Part shown: positions 8,240-17,189 of the stretch, one piece after another
Layout of the letters: every line of letters begins with the position of its first letter
How positions within the stretch are numbered: the first letter of the stretch is position 1
NCBI GenBank assembly: GCA_039932995.1
Contig: JBDTOZ010000740.1
Span: forward strand, 1 to 52,923
DNA: 52,923 nt
Direction: 5' to 3'
Source of the DNA: Acidobacteriota bacterium
GTDB lineage: Bacteria > Acidobacteriota > Thermoanaerobaculia > Gp7-AA8
Made by a program: the position numbers and the translations under genes
Notes under the pieces: model-generated
Databases searched by the model: none
Seen by the model: only the letters and a program-made list of their open reading frames with translations
What the model was told of the DNA's origin: nothing

Positions 8240-9553
8240 ATGAGCAAGACCCTGATCATAGGAGCAGCGAAATCCGGCGTGGCCGCGGCGAACTTTCTGG
8301 CGGCACGTAGGGAGTCCGTCATCCTGGCGGACAAAGCGATCCAGCCGTCGCTTCCTTACGCACTCGACGAGCGCGTGCAGCGGGCCTTCGGACGCGACGA
8401 CGCCGCTCTCCTCGATCAGGTCTCGCAGGTCGTGCTCAGTCCCGGTGTGCCGATGACACTGCCCTTGCTGCAGGAAGCGTCGTCGCGTGGGATCCCGGTT
8501 CTGGGCGAGATCGAGCTCGCTTACCGGCACCTCGAGGGCACGGTCATCGCCATCACGGGATCGAACGGCAAGTCCACCACCACGGCGCTCATCGGCGAGA
8601 TTCTGAAGGTGGCCGGCCGGCAGCCGATCGTGGCCGGCAACATCGGCGAGCCGCTGATCGCAGCGCTCGATCAGGAACGTGCACGGAACTACGTCGTCGA
8701 GCTCTCCTCCTTTCAACTGGAGGGAGTGGACACGTTTCGGGCGAACGTAGCCCTGTTGCTCAACGTGACGCCCGACCACATGGACCGTTATGCGACTTTC
8801 GACGCCTACGCCGCGGCGAAGGACCGGATCTTCCGCAACCAGCAGTCCGGAGACACGGCCATCGTGAACGCCTCCGAGCGGCGCGATTCCTCGCATGCTG
8901 GCGGAGTCCGGCCGTGGCGCTTTTCCGCCAGCCAGGTCGTCGAGGACGGCGCCTGGCTCGACGGCGACATGATGGTGATGTCCGTGGGGAGTGAAGAGCG
9001 CCGCATCCCGCGCACCTCCCTGCGGCTCCAGGGGACGGCCAATGTCGAGAATGCACTGGCGGCGTGGCTGGCCGCCCGGGCCGTGGGTGTCAGCGATGCG
9101 GACGTGCAGACTGCTTTCGGCACGTTTGCGGGACTGCCGCACCGGATGGTGCCGGTCCGCGACCGCAACGGCGTGCATTGGGTCAACGACTCCAAAGGAA
9201 CGAACGTCGATGCCACCTTGAAGTCGCTGGAGGGTTTCGCGGCGGGGAGCGTCCTCCTCATCCTGGGAGGCAAGGACAAGGCCGGCGAGTTCGAGCGGAT
9301 GCGCGAGCTGGTATCCGCGAAGGCCCCGATCGTTCTGACCATTGGATCGGCAGCGGACAGGATCGCCGCCGCATTGCAAGGTGCCACTGAGATCGTGGCC
9401 GCCGGCGATCTCGGCAAGGCCGTGCAGTGGGCCGGCCAGAACGCGAAGCCCGGGCAGACCGTGCTCCTTTCCCCCGCGTGCGCGAGCTTCGACCAATACC
9501 GCAATTTCGAGCATCGCGGCGAGCACTTCGAAGAACTGGTGAGGGCGTTATGA
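8240..9553 (+). CDS. murD: UDP-N-acetylmuramoylalanine--D-glutamate ligase
   Basis: ATG 8240 (MSKTLIIGAAKSGVAAANFL) and ITGSNGKSTTT. The in-frame upstream extension from 8186 lies inside the octamer repeat array. Confidence 0.9.
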   Translation: MSKTLIIGAAKSGVAAANFLAARRESVILADKAIQPSLPYALDERVQRAFGRDDAALLDQVSQVVLSPGVPMTLPLLQEASSRGIPVLGEIELAYRHLEGTVIAITGSNGKSTTTALIGEILKVAGRQPIVAGNIGEPLIAALDQERARNYVVELSSFQLEGVDTFRANVALLLNVTPDHMDRYATFDAYAAAKDRIFRNQQSGDTAIVNASERRDSSHAGGVRPWRFSASQVVEDGAWLDGDMMVMSVGSEERRIPRTSLRLQGTANVENALAAWLAARAVGVSDADVQTAFGTFAGLPHRMVPVRDRNGVHWVNDSKGTNVDATLKSLEGFAAGSVLLILGGKDKAGEFERMRELVSAKAPIVLTIGSAADRIAAALQGATEIVAAGDLGKAVQWAGQNAKPGQTVLLSPACASFDQYRNFEHRGEHFEELVRAL

Positions 9554-9555
9554 AC

Positions 9556-9712
9556 GGTTGCCGGTTGGCGGTTGGCAGTTGGCGGGAGCGACGTGGCAAC
9601 GCGCAGCTCCGTCCCGCAACGAGCGACGCGTCATCCCAGTCGTCATCCCGCCAGGCGTCATCCCGCCAACCGCCATCCCGCCAACCGTCAACCGCCAACC
9701 GCCAACCACCCA
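9556..9712. repeat. GGTTGGC/GCCAACC-class heptamer hairpin (murD-ftsW gap)
   Basis: 5' arm 9556-9585 (GGTTGCC GGTTGGC GGTTGGC AGTTGGC). 3' arm GCCAACC units at 9665-9707, interleaved with GTCATCCC units. It ends 9 nt before the ftsW ATG. Confidence 0.9.
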
Positions 9713-9716
9713 CCCC

Positions 9717-10811
9717 ATGAGCAGAAAACTGACCTACGACACCTGGCTCTTCTCCATCGCGACGCTGATCGTGGTGGTGGGCCTGGTCATGATCTACAGC
9801 GCCTCGGCGATGATCGCCACGCAGCGCTTCGGGCATGGGCCGTATTACTTTCTCATCCGCCAGGGCGCGTTTCTCGTGGCCGGCGCCCTGCTGACCGTGT
9901 TTCTCATGCATCTCAATCCGGCGGTGCTCCAGGACAAGCGGGTGCTGTATGGCGGTCTGGGAGTCGTGGCTCTGGGGTTGATCGTGGCGCTGTTTCAGTC
10001 GCCGATCAATGGAACGCACCGGTGGATCGCCCTGCCGTGGTTCCACCTCCAGCCCTCGGAGTTCGCCAAGCCGGCCATGATTCTCTTTCTGGCGTCGTTT
10101 CTCTCGCGACGAGAGGAGCGGATCAACGACGTGACCACCACGTTGCTGCCGATGGGATTCATGCTCTCCCTCTTCGCGGGCCTGATTCTTCTGGGCCGCG
10201 ACTTCGGGACGGCGACGACTCTGCTCCTGGTGGCCTGCGGGATGATCTTCGCGGCAGGGTTGTCGTGGCGCATCATCGCCGTGGTCGGTCTGGCCCTGGT
10301 TCCGACGGCGGGCTACCTCGTGCTCAGCGCGGCCTACCGGCGCGAGCGTCTGCTCACATTTCTCAATCCCGAGTCCGATCCGCTCGGGGCCGGCTTTCAG
10401 CCGATGCAGTCGCTGATCGCCCTGGGCACGGGCGGCTTCCAGGGTTTGGGCATCGGGAACGGACGACAGAAGCTCTTCTTTCTCCCGGAACCGCATACCG
10501 ATTTCATCTTCTCCATCATCGGCGAAGAGCTTGGGTTCCTGGGGGCTGTGCTGCTGCTGGCCGCGTTCGCTCTGCTCGTGTGGCGCGGGTACCGGATCGC
10601 ACGATTCAGTCAGAACCGTTTTGCGTTCTACGCCGCCCTCGGCTGCACGCTCATGATCGCCATCCAGGCATTGGTCAACGTCAGTGTCACGCTCTGTCTT
10701 TTGCCGACGAAGGGAATCCCTCTGCCGCTGGTGAGTTATGGCGGGTCGTCCCTTCTGGTCAGTCTCATCGCGGTGGGACTGCTTCTGAATTTTTCGCAGC
10801 AATCGGGATAG
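9717..10811 (+). CDS. ftsW: SEDS-family peptidoglycan glycosyltransferase FtsW
   Basis: ATG 9717 (MSRKLTYDTWLFSIATLIVV). SEDS motifs LQPSEFAKPA and LPTKGIPLPLVSYGGSS. The track ORF start at 9558 lies in the heptamer array. Confidence 0.9.
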   Translation: MSRKLTYDTWLFSIATLIVVVGLVMIYSASAMIATQRFGHGPYYFLIRQGAFLVAGALLTVFLMHLNPAVLQDKRVLYGGLGVVALGLIVALFQSPINGTHRWIALPWFHLQPSEFAKPAMILFLASFLSRREERINDVTTTLLPMGFMLSLFAGLILLGRDFGTATTLLLVACGMIFAAGLSWRIIAVVGLALVPTAGYLVLSAAYRRERLLTFLNPESDPLGAGFQPMQSLIALGTGGFQGLGIGNGRQKLFFLPEPHTDFIFSIIGEELGFLGAVLLLAAFALLVWRGYRIARFSQNRFAFYAALGCTLMIAIQALVNVSVTLCLLPTKGIPLPLVSYGGSSLLVSLIAVGLLLNFSQQSG

Positions 10812-10833
10812 GGGATGGGTGTGATGGGCGGAC

Positions 10834-10987
10834 AGTTGGCGAATGGCGGTTGGCGGTGGGCGGTGGACGCCGCGACCTGTTGCGTGCTCGCGCAACAGCA
10901 CCGGACATTCGCAGCCTGCCGCGTGCAATCCCGTCACGCGACGCGTGCCGACCTTCTCCGCCAACCGCCAACCGCCAACCGCCAAGC
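10834..10987. repeat. GGTTGGC/GCCAACC-class heptamer hairpin (ftsW-murG gap)
   Basis: 5' arm 10834-10868. Inner hairpin CTGTTGCG...CGCAACAG at 10877-10898. 3' arm (GCCAACC)x3 plus GCCAAGC at 10960-10987, abutting the murG GGAGG. Confidence 0.9.
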
Positions 10988-10996
10988 GGAGGCCCA

Positions 10997-12079
10997 ATGA
11001 CCACACTCCTGATTGCCGGAGGTGGTACCGGTGGCCACATTTACCCGGCCATCGCCATTGCCGGCGAATACGTGCGGCGTGATCCCGCCCGACGGGTCGT
11101 GTTCGTCGGCACGGAGAAGGGACTCGAAAAGCAGATCGTGCCGAAGGCGGGATTCCCGCTCGAGTTCATCGACGTCGGCGGCCTGAAAGGAAAAGGCGGC
11201 CTCGATCTGATCCGCAACATCCTGCGCGTCCCGAAGGGATTCGTGCAGGCCTGGCGTCTCATCGGAAAGCATCGCCCTGATGTGGTGCTGGGCGTGGGTG
11301 GCTACTCGTCCGGTCCCGTGCTCGTGGCCGCGAAGCTGCGGGGCGTGCCGACCATCATCCACGAGGCCAACGCGTTTCCCGGTCTCGCCAACCGTGTCGT
11401 GGCCCGCTTCGTGACCGCCGTGGCCGTGGCCTTCGACGAAGCCCTGCCGCGTCTGAAACGGAAAGACGGAGTGGTCACCGGCAACCCGATCCGTCAGGAG
11501 TTTTTCGAAGCGACCCGCGAGCAGCCGGCCGGCGATCTGAAACGGCTGCTGATTTTCGGCGGTTCCCAGGGCTCACGCATCCTCAACGACACCATGACCG
11601 GCGCGCTGCAGTTTCTCGCGCCGCTGCAGCGCACGTTGGAAATCGTTCATCAGACCGGACCGGCCGAATTGGAGAAGGTGCAGATCGCTTACCGCCAGTC
11701 CGCTTTTCCGGGCGCCCGCGTCGTTCCCTACCTCGATCCCATCGTGGACGAGATCGCGAACGCCGATCTGGTGGTCTGCCGGGCCGGAGCCATGACCATC
11801 GGCGAGCTTTGCGCGATCGGCCGCGGGGCCGTCCTCGTTCCTTTTGCCGCGGCCACGAACAACCATCAGGAGCTGAACGCGCGCGTCGTGGAGCGGGCTG
11901 GCGGCGCCGTGGTCATCACCGAATCCGGCCTTTCCCCGGAGCAGTTGGCCTCGGCCGTCACCGAAATTCTCAGCGATCCCGAACGGGCCGCGCGCATGGG
12001 CGGAGCGGCCAAAACCCTGGCCTTGCCGCTGGCTACGAAAAACATTGTCGATTTGATCGACAAAATCGAGAGAAATTAA
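10997..12079 (+). CDS. murG: UDP-N-acetylglucosamine--N-acetylmuramyl-(pentapeptide) pyrophosphoryl-undecaprenol GlcNAc transferase
   Basis: ATG 10997 preceded by GGAGG (10988-10992). G-loop GGTGGHIYPA. The 835-aa track ORF from 9572 is an artefactual upstream extension. Confidence 0.92.
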   Translation: MTTLLIAGGGTGGHIYPAIAIAGEYVRRDPARRVVFVGTEKGLEKQIVPKAGFPLEFIDVGGLKGKGGLDLIRNILRVPKGFVQAWRLIGKHRPDVVLGVGGYSSGPVLVAAKLRGVPTIIHEANAFPGLANRVVARFVTAVAVAFDEALPRLKRKDGVVTGNPIRQEFFEATREQPAGDLKRLLIFGGSQGSRILNDTMTGALQFLAPLQRTLEIVHQTGPAELEKVQIAYRQSAFPGARVVPYLDPIVDEIANADLVVCRAGAMTIGELCAIGRGAVLVPFAAATNNHQELNARVVERAGGAVVITESGLSPEQLASAVTEILSDPERAARMGGAAKTLALPLATKNIVDLIDKIERN

Positions 12080-12108
12080 TTGCTCTACTGCTTCCGTAAA
12101 CTTAAACT
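12080..12108 (+). promoter_or_regulatory. weak promoter candidate upstream of murC (-35 TTGCTC, 17 nt, -10 TAAACT)
   Basis: AT-rich 54-nt murG-murC gap. Hexamers are only moderately close to consensus. Confidence 0.3.
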
Positions 12109-12133
12109 TTCGGATTAAGACACCGCAACCATA

Positions 12134-13489
12134 ATGAATTTTGGTGACATTAAGCACGTTCATTTCGTCGGGATCGGCGGGATCGGCATGAGCGGCATCG
12201 CCGAGCTGCTGGCCAGCTCCGGCGTATCCGTGTCCGGATGTGATGCGAAACCGTCGGCGTCCACCGATCTTCTGAGGCGCCGCGGCATCACGGTTTCGAT
12301 CGGGCACGACCCCGCGCACCTCCATGGAGTGGACTTGGTGGTGGTGACCGCGGCAGTGAAGGGAGAGCACGCGGAAGTGGACGCGGCTCGTGCCCTCGGC
12401 ATTCGCATCATGAAACGGGCCGAGGCTCTCGGCGCCCTGGTGAACCCGAAGCGCGCCATTGGCGTCTCGGGCACGCATGGAAAAACCACCACCTCCGCCA
12501 TGATCTCGGTCGTCCTCGACGAAGCGGGGCTCGACCCCACCGTCCTGGTGGGCGGCATGCTGCGCAACCTCAACACCAACGCGCGCGGCGGTCTGGGCGA
12601 CCTGCTGGTGGTGGAGGCCGATGAGTATGCGCGGACGTTCCACCATCTCCACCCCGAGGTGGCGGTGGTCACGAACATCGAGGCCGATCACCTGGAGTAC
12701 TACGGTTCCTTCGAAGCCATCTTCGAGGCGTTCCGGATCTATCTGCAAGGCGTGAAGCCGGAGGGCGTGATCATCGCGTGCGTCGACGATGCTCAGGTCG
12801 AGCGGCTGCTCGAGCAGTTGGACGGGCATCTCCCGGTCGTCCGCTATGGGCTCTCGGACGCGGCCGAGCTGCGCGCCGTCAACGTCGAATTTCACGATCG
12901 CGGAACGCGCTTCGACGTCCCCGGCCTGGGGTCGTTCAAGCTGTTTCTGCCGGGCGAGCACAACGTACGCAACGCTCTTGCGGCCATTGGTGTGGCCCGC
13001 CATCTCGGTGTCCCCACCGAACGGATCGTGTCGGGACTGGCCAAATTCCTGGGAGTGGATCGGCGCTTCCAGATTCTCGGCGACTACCTCGGCGCCATCG
13101 TCGTGGACGACTATGCGCACCATCCCACGGAGATCCGAGCCACCCTCAACGCTGCCCGCGGCGGCTATCCCGAGCGGCGCCTGGTGGCCCTCTTTCAGCC
13201 GCACCTCTTCTCGCGCACGCGCGATTTTGCCCGTGAGTTCGGAGAGGCACTGAAGGTGGCCGACGTGCCCATCGTCGCGCCCATCTATGCCGCGCGCGAG
13301 GAGCCGGTGGACGGCTTGTCCGCTCGCATCATCTCGGAGTCGGTCCCGGGCATCGAATTCCTCGACCGCAGCAACTCCGAGATCGTGAACGAGATGCGGC
13401 GACGGCTGGGACCCAAAGACATCTTCATCACCATGGGCGCGGGTGACGTAAACGAGATCGCCGAGCAGCTCGTGCGGGGGGAGGGGTGA
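12134..13489 (+). CDS. murC: UDP-N-acetylmuramate--L-alanine ligase
   Basis: GIGGIGMSGIAELL N-terminal fold and P-loop GVSGTHGKTTT. Confidence 0.95.
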   Translation: MNFGDIKHVHFVGIGGIGMSGIAELLASSGVSVSGCDAKPSASTDLLRRRGITVSIGHDPAHLHGVDLVVVTAAVKGEHAEVDAARALGIRIMKRAEALGALVNPKRAIGVSGTHGKTTTSAMISVVLDEAGLDPTVLVGGMLRNLNTNARGGLGDLLVVEADEYARTFHHLHPEVAVVTNIEADHLEYYGSFEAIFEAFRIYLQGVKPEGVIIACVDDAQVERLLEQLDGHLPVVRYGLSDAAELRAVNVEFHDRGTRFDVPGLGSFKLFLPGEHNVRNALAAIGVARHLGVPTERIVSGLAKFLGVDRRFQILGDYLGAIVVDDYAHHPTEIRATLNAARGGYPERRLVALFQPHLFSRTRDFAREFGEALKVADVPIVAPIYAAREEPVDGLSARIISESVPGIEFLDRSNSEIVNEMRRRLGPKDIFITMGAGDVNEIAEQLVRGEG

Positions 13490-14373
13490 TGGACACGACG
13501 GCCTCGCGGTTCCTTCGTCCGACCGACCTGACCCGGCTGCGCCGCAATCAGCGGCGCATTCAGGTGCAGCGTCTGTTCATCATTCTGCGCAACCTCACCG
13601 TCGCGGCGCTGCTGGTGGCCGGCGCGTGGTGGGGCTGGCGGCTCACCCAGTCCGACCCACGCTTTGGGGTGCACACCATCGAGATCGCCGGGGCCGCGCA
13701 TACACCGCGACCCGCTCTGGACCGCGCCACGGCGAGCTACATCGGCTTGAATCTCTTTCAGATCGACATCGAGCGCGTCCAGCGCGACCTCGGCGGGTTG
13801 GGATGGGTGCGCAGCGTTCGGATCGAGAAGGCCCTGCCGGACACGCTGCGCATTCACATCACCGAGCGGAAGCCGGTGGCCCTGGCCCAGGTGAACGATC
13901 GGCTGATGTATGTCGACGAAGCAGGAGTGACCTTCGCCGAGCTCTCGCCCGCCGTTGGCAATGACGACCTGCCTCTCATCGCGGACGCGTCGGGGGCGGA
14001 GCTGACGCGCAGCGTGCAGCTCCTCAACGAGTTACGCGCACAGGACCAGCCCCTCTACGAACGCATCTCCGAGGTGTGGCCCATCCCGCCGCGGGGCTTC
14101 GCGTTGTACGACCGCGACCTCGGGGCCGTGGTCTATGCGAATGCAGAGGATGTCTCATCGAAGTACCGCAACCTCCGCGCCGTGCTGCGCGCGGACGACA
14201 ATCCGAAGATTGAATACGCGGACCTCCGGTTCGCGGATCGAGTGATCGTGAGACCCGCGCGTGTCCCGAGCCCGAGCCCGGGACACGCGGCCGGCGGCCA
14301 CATGGATCCTCCCGGGACTCCATCCTCAGCCGAAGGTGCTTTCGCACAAGGAGCAATGCATGTCCAGAACTGA
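13486..14373 (+). CDS. ftsQ: cell division protein FtsQ (POTRA domain)
   Basis: GTG 13486 / ATG 13489 overlaps the murC stop. N-terminal TM ([15 protein letters not shown]). POTRA-like IEIAGAAHT...IHITERKPVA. Sits before ftsA. Confidence 0.8.
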   Translation: MMDTTASRFLRPTDLTRLRRNQRRIQVQRLFIILRNLTVAALLVAGAWWGWRLTQSDPRFGVHTIEIAGAAHTPRPALDRATASYIGLNLFQIDIERVQRDLGGLGWVRSVRIEKALPDTLRIHITERKPVALAQVNDRLMYVDEAGVTFAELSPAVGNDDLPLIADASGAELTRSVQLLNELRAQDQPLYERISEVWPIPPRGFALYDRDLGAVVYANAEDVSSKYRNLRAVLRADDNPKIEYADLRFADRVIVRPARVPSPSPGHAAGGHMDPPGTPSSAEGAFAQGAMHVQN

Positions 14374-15589
14374 AGAGAAGTACGTCGTGGCACTCGACAT
14401 CGGCACGTCGAAGGTCTGCGCCCTGGTGGCGGAAGTCAGCGATCGCGGACAGCTCGAGATCATCGGCAAAGGCACTTCGCCGATGAAGGGCACCCGCCGC
14501 GGCAACATCATCAATCTCGACCAGGCCGTCGAAGCGGTGAAGAAAGCCGTCGATGAAGCCGAGGTCATGGCCGGCCTGCAGATCGAATCCGTGTACGTGG
14601 GCGTAGCCGGCGACCACATTCGCTCGGTCAACTCCCGGGGCGTAGTCTCGGTGATGGGGAAGCACAAAGAGATCGCGCGGGAAGACATCGACCGCGTCAT
14701 CGAAGCCTCGAAATCCATCAACGTGCCCGCGGAGCTGGAACTGCTGCACGTCATCCCGCGCGAGTTCGTCGTGGATGGGCAGGACGGAATCCACGATCCG
14801 CTGGGCATGACCGCCACCCGGCTGGAAGCAAACGTCCACATCGTCACGGGTGCACGGACGCACAACCAGAACGTCCTGACCTGTGTGAACAAGGCAGGCA
14901 TCGCCGTTCAGGAGCTCGTGCTCGAGCAACTCGCCGCCGCGGAGGCGGTGCTCACTCAGGACGAGCGGGAGATGGGCGTGCTGCTCATGGACCTGGGCGG
15001 AGGAACGACGGACTACGCGGTCTTCCTGGAAGGCAACGTCGTGCACACCAACGTCCTTCCGGTCGGAGCGGGCCACTTCACGAGCGACATCTCCGTGGTC
15101 TTGCGCACGCCGATGGAAGACGCGGAACGGATCAAGAGGCGCTATGGCTGCGCACTGTCGTCCCTGGTGCGCGATGACGACCCGATCGAGGTGCCCACCG
15201 TCGGTGGGCGTGCACCGAAGATCCTCAGCCGCCAGGAGCTGACGGGCATCCTCGAGCCTCGGGCCGCGGAGATCGCCAAACTCGTCTACCGCGACCTGGA
15301 GAAGGTCGGACTGGAGAAAGAGATCCGCTCCGGAGTGGTCGTCGTCGGAGGCGGCGCGGAGATGGACGGGATCGTCGAGATGGTCGAACAGGTGTTCGAT
15401 CAGCAGGCTCGGAAGGGTGTGCCGCGCGGCATGGGCGGGCTCTCCGATACGGTCAGTGGTCCCGAGTGGGCGGCCGCCTGCGGCCTGCTGCTGTGGGGGA
15501 TGCGCGATCAGTCACGCATCCGCAAACGCCCCCGCAAGGGTCTGTCCAAGGTTGCGGACTCGGTCAAGCAGTGGTTTGCATGGAGCTGA
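14360..15589 (+). CDS. ftsA: cell division protein FtsA
   Basis: ATG 14360 (MSRTEEKYVVALDIGTSKVCALVAE) overlaps the ftsQ 3' end by 14 nt. Actin-fold LMDLGGGTTDYAVF. Confidence 0.92.
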   Translation: MSRTEEKYVVALDIGTSKVCALVAEVSDRGQLEIIGKGTSPMKGTRRGNIINLDQAVEAVKKAVDEAEVMAGLQIESVYVGVAGDHIRSVNSRGVVSVMGKHKEIAREDIDRVIEASKSINVPAELELLHVIPREFVVDGQDGIHDPLGMTATRLEANVHIVTGARTHNQNVLTCVNKAGIAVQELVLEQLAAAEAVLTQDEREMGVLLMDLGGGTTDYAVFLEGNVVHTNVLPVGAGHFTSDISVVLRTPMEDAERIKRRYGCALSSLVRDDDPIEVPTVGGRAPKILSRQELTGILEPRAAEIAKLVYRDLEKVGLEKEIRSGVVVVGGGAEMDGIVEMVEQVFDQQARKGVPRGMGGLSDTVSGPEWAAACGLLLWGMRDQSRIRKRPRKGLSKVADSVKQWFAWS

Positions 15590-15590
15590 T

Positions 15591-15666
15591 GAGTCGCCGA
15601 GCCAACAAGTCGCCGAGTCGACGGGGAGCTCCTCAAAGACTCGACGGCTGGACGGCTCGACGACTG
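15591..15666. repeat. GAGTCG/CGACTC-class imperfect hairpin (ftsA-ftsZ gap)
   Basis: Left arm 15591-15624, palindromic loop GGAGCTCC, right arm 15637-15666. Confidence 0.8.
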
Positions 15667-15675
15667 AAATTCAAA

Positions 15676-15704
15676 TTGATATTCATCATAGAAACACTTA
15701 CTAT
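15676..15704 (+). promoter_or_regulatory. sigma70-like ftsZ-proximal promoter candidate (-35 TTGATA, 17-nt spacer, -10 TACTAT)
   Basis: AT-rich island 16 nt upstream of the ftsZ ATG (measured from the -10 end), followed by RBS GGAGA. Sequence similarity to 5155-5184. Confidence 0.55.
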
Positions 15705-15719
15705 CCTGGAGAACGGTAA

Positions 15720-17021
15720 ATGATCACGTTTGACGAAAGATCAGGCGACGGGACGCTCGGGGTCACTCTGAGCGAGGAACTTCATCTCGGCGCAAAGATC
15801 AAGGTCGTAGGGGTTGGTGGGGGTGGTGGGAACGCCGTCAACCGGATGATTCAGGCCGGAATCAAGGGTGTCGAGTTCCTCGTCGCCAACACCGACTTGC
15901 AGGCCATGCGCACTTCGCTGGCGCCGGTGAAGTTGCAGATCGGCGGGAAGCTGACCAAGGGTCTGGGCGCGGGCGCCAACCCCGAGGTGGGCAAACAGGC
16001 CGCGCTGGAAGACACCGACCGCATTCTGGAGGCGCTCAGCGGCGCCGACATGATCTTCATCACGACGGGGATGGGGGGCGGGACTGGAACCGGGGCCGCG
16101 CCGATCATCGCCTCGCTTGCCGCGGAACTGGGCTCGCTGACGGTGGCCGTGGTCACCAAGCCCTTCGGCTTCGAAGGGAAGCGACGCCGCGTCCAGGCCG
16201 AGCAGGGGATTCGCGCCTTGCGCGAGACCGTGGACACGCTCATCACCATTCCGAACGAGCGCCTGCTGAACTTCGTGGAGCGCGGCACCTCGCTCAGCGA
16301 GGCCTTCAAGATCGCTGACGACATTCTCCGCCAGGCCGTGCAGGGCATTTCGGATCTGATCACCGTGCCGGGTGAGATCAACCTCGATTTCGCGGATGTG
16401 AAGACGATCATGCACGGCATGGGCATGGCCCTCATGGGGACAGGAGTCTCCTCGGGCGAGCATCGCGCCGTCGAAGCAGCGCAACGGGCCATCTCCTCGC
16501 CTCTCCTCGAAGAGGCGTCGATCGAAGGTGCCAAGGGTGTGCTGATCAACGTGACCGGCGGTCCGGACATGACCCTCTTCGAAGTCCACGAAGCCGCCTC
16601 GGTCATTCAGGAAGCGGCGGATGAAGAGGCCAACATCATCTTCGGTACGGTCATCGACCCGCGCATGAAGGACGAGATCAAGGTCACGGTGATCGCCACC
16701 GGCTTCGACTCGGCCACCAAGGGACTGCTGAACTCGCGGGGCGAATCGTTGTCGTCGTCGACGGGCGGAGGTCGTACGCAGGAGCGTCCTGCGCCGTCAC
16801 CGTACCGGCCGTTTGCGCCGCCCAAAGAAAAAGAGATCGCCGCGCAACACGAAGAGCCGGCGCAACCGCAGGTGGGTGCGGAGGGGGAGATCTACGATCC
16901 CCCGTTTTTTCGCAGAGGGTTCAGCCGCGCCGACGGCAGCGGAGGCTTCGGGCCGATGGCGTCGAGTGATTTCGGCAGTGACCTCGATATTCCGACGGTG
17001 ATCCGCAACTTGAGCGACTAG
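15720..17021 (+). CDS. ftsZ: cell division GTPase FtsZ
   Basis: Tubulin signature [20 protein letters not shown], and the conserved C-terminal peptide [21 protein letters not shown] at 15708-15712. Confidence 0.97.
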   Translation: MITFDERSGDGTLGVTLSEELHLGAKIKVVGVGGGGGNAVNRMIQAGIKGVEFLVANTDLQAMRTSLAPVKLQIGGKLTKGLGAGANPEVGKQAALEDTDRILEALSGADMIFITTGMGGGTGTGAAPIIASLAAELGSLTVAVVTKPFGFEGKRRRVQAEQGIRALRETVDTLITIPNERLLNFVERGTSLSEAFKIADDILRQAVQGISDLITVPGEINLDFADVKTIMHGMGMALMGTGVSSGEHRAVEAAQRAISSPLLEEASIEGAKGVLINVTGGPDMTLFEVHEAASVIQEAADEEANIIFGTVIDPRMKDEIKVTVIATGFDSATKGLLNSRGESLSSSTGGGRTQERPAPSPYRPFAPPKEKEIAAQHEEPAQPQVGAEGEIYDPPFFRRGFSRADGSGGFGPMASSDFGSDLDIPTVIRNLSD

Positions 17022-17033
17022 ATGCTGTCATCC

Positions 17034-17102
17034 CGGGGCTTGCCCCGGCCAGGCGCACCCCTCAGTGCGCCGTGCGATCCCGGGGGGAGGGCCCCGGGAT
17101 CA
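17034..17102 (+). repeat. three consecutive GC-rich hairpins directly after ftsZ
   Basis: CCGGGG-cttg-CCCCGG (17034-17049). GGCGCAC-ccctca-GTGCGCC (17053-17072). GATCCCGGGG-ggaggg-CCCCGGGATC (17077-17102). Confidence 0.85.
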
Positions 17103-17112
17103 CTGCTCCCAG

Positions 17113-17152
17113 GTGGGGCGTGGTACTTCCGACCACGCCCCACCGCTTTTGT
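17113..17152 (+). terminator. intrinsic terminator of the dcw operon
   Basis: 13-bp stem GGTGGGGCGTGGT / ACCACGCCCCACC with a 7-nt loop, followed by GCTTTTGTCTT. Confidence 0.75.
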
Positions 17153-17189
17153 CTTAACGCCTCATTCCACTCCCGCCCGGAGAGCCCTC

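Noticed and set aside
8092-8334. 80-aa minus-strand ORF, and the N-terminal extension of murD from 8186 (MTTRRLDDPKTRRLD...).
   Set aside because: Both are translations of the 8-nt tandem repeat array. An 8-nt period cannot keep a reading frame meaningfully, and a proper MurD N-terminus starts at 8240.
9572-12079. 835-aa ORF that seems to fuse an upstream region to murG.
   Set aside because: Only the last ~360 aa (from ATG 10997, preceded by GGAGG) resemble MurG. The upstream part overlaps ftsW in another frame and runs through heptamer repeats (the PPTANRQPP-type translation).
12080-12133. Possible mobile-element scar, because the murG 3' end and the murG-murC gap are markedly AT-rich.
   Set aside because: The stretch is only about 80 nt with no repeats or ORF fragments. 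It is more simply an internal promoter or RBS region, listed as a low-confidence promoter.
17022-17189. N-terminal 56-aa extension of the GT-C-like ORF (MLSSRGLPRPGAPLS...).
   Set aside because: The extension is the translation of the four post-ftsZ hairpins and terminator. ATG 17190 has a GGAGAG RBS and begins a plausible membrane-protein N-terminus.
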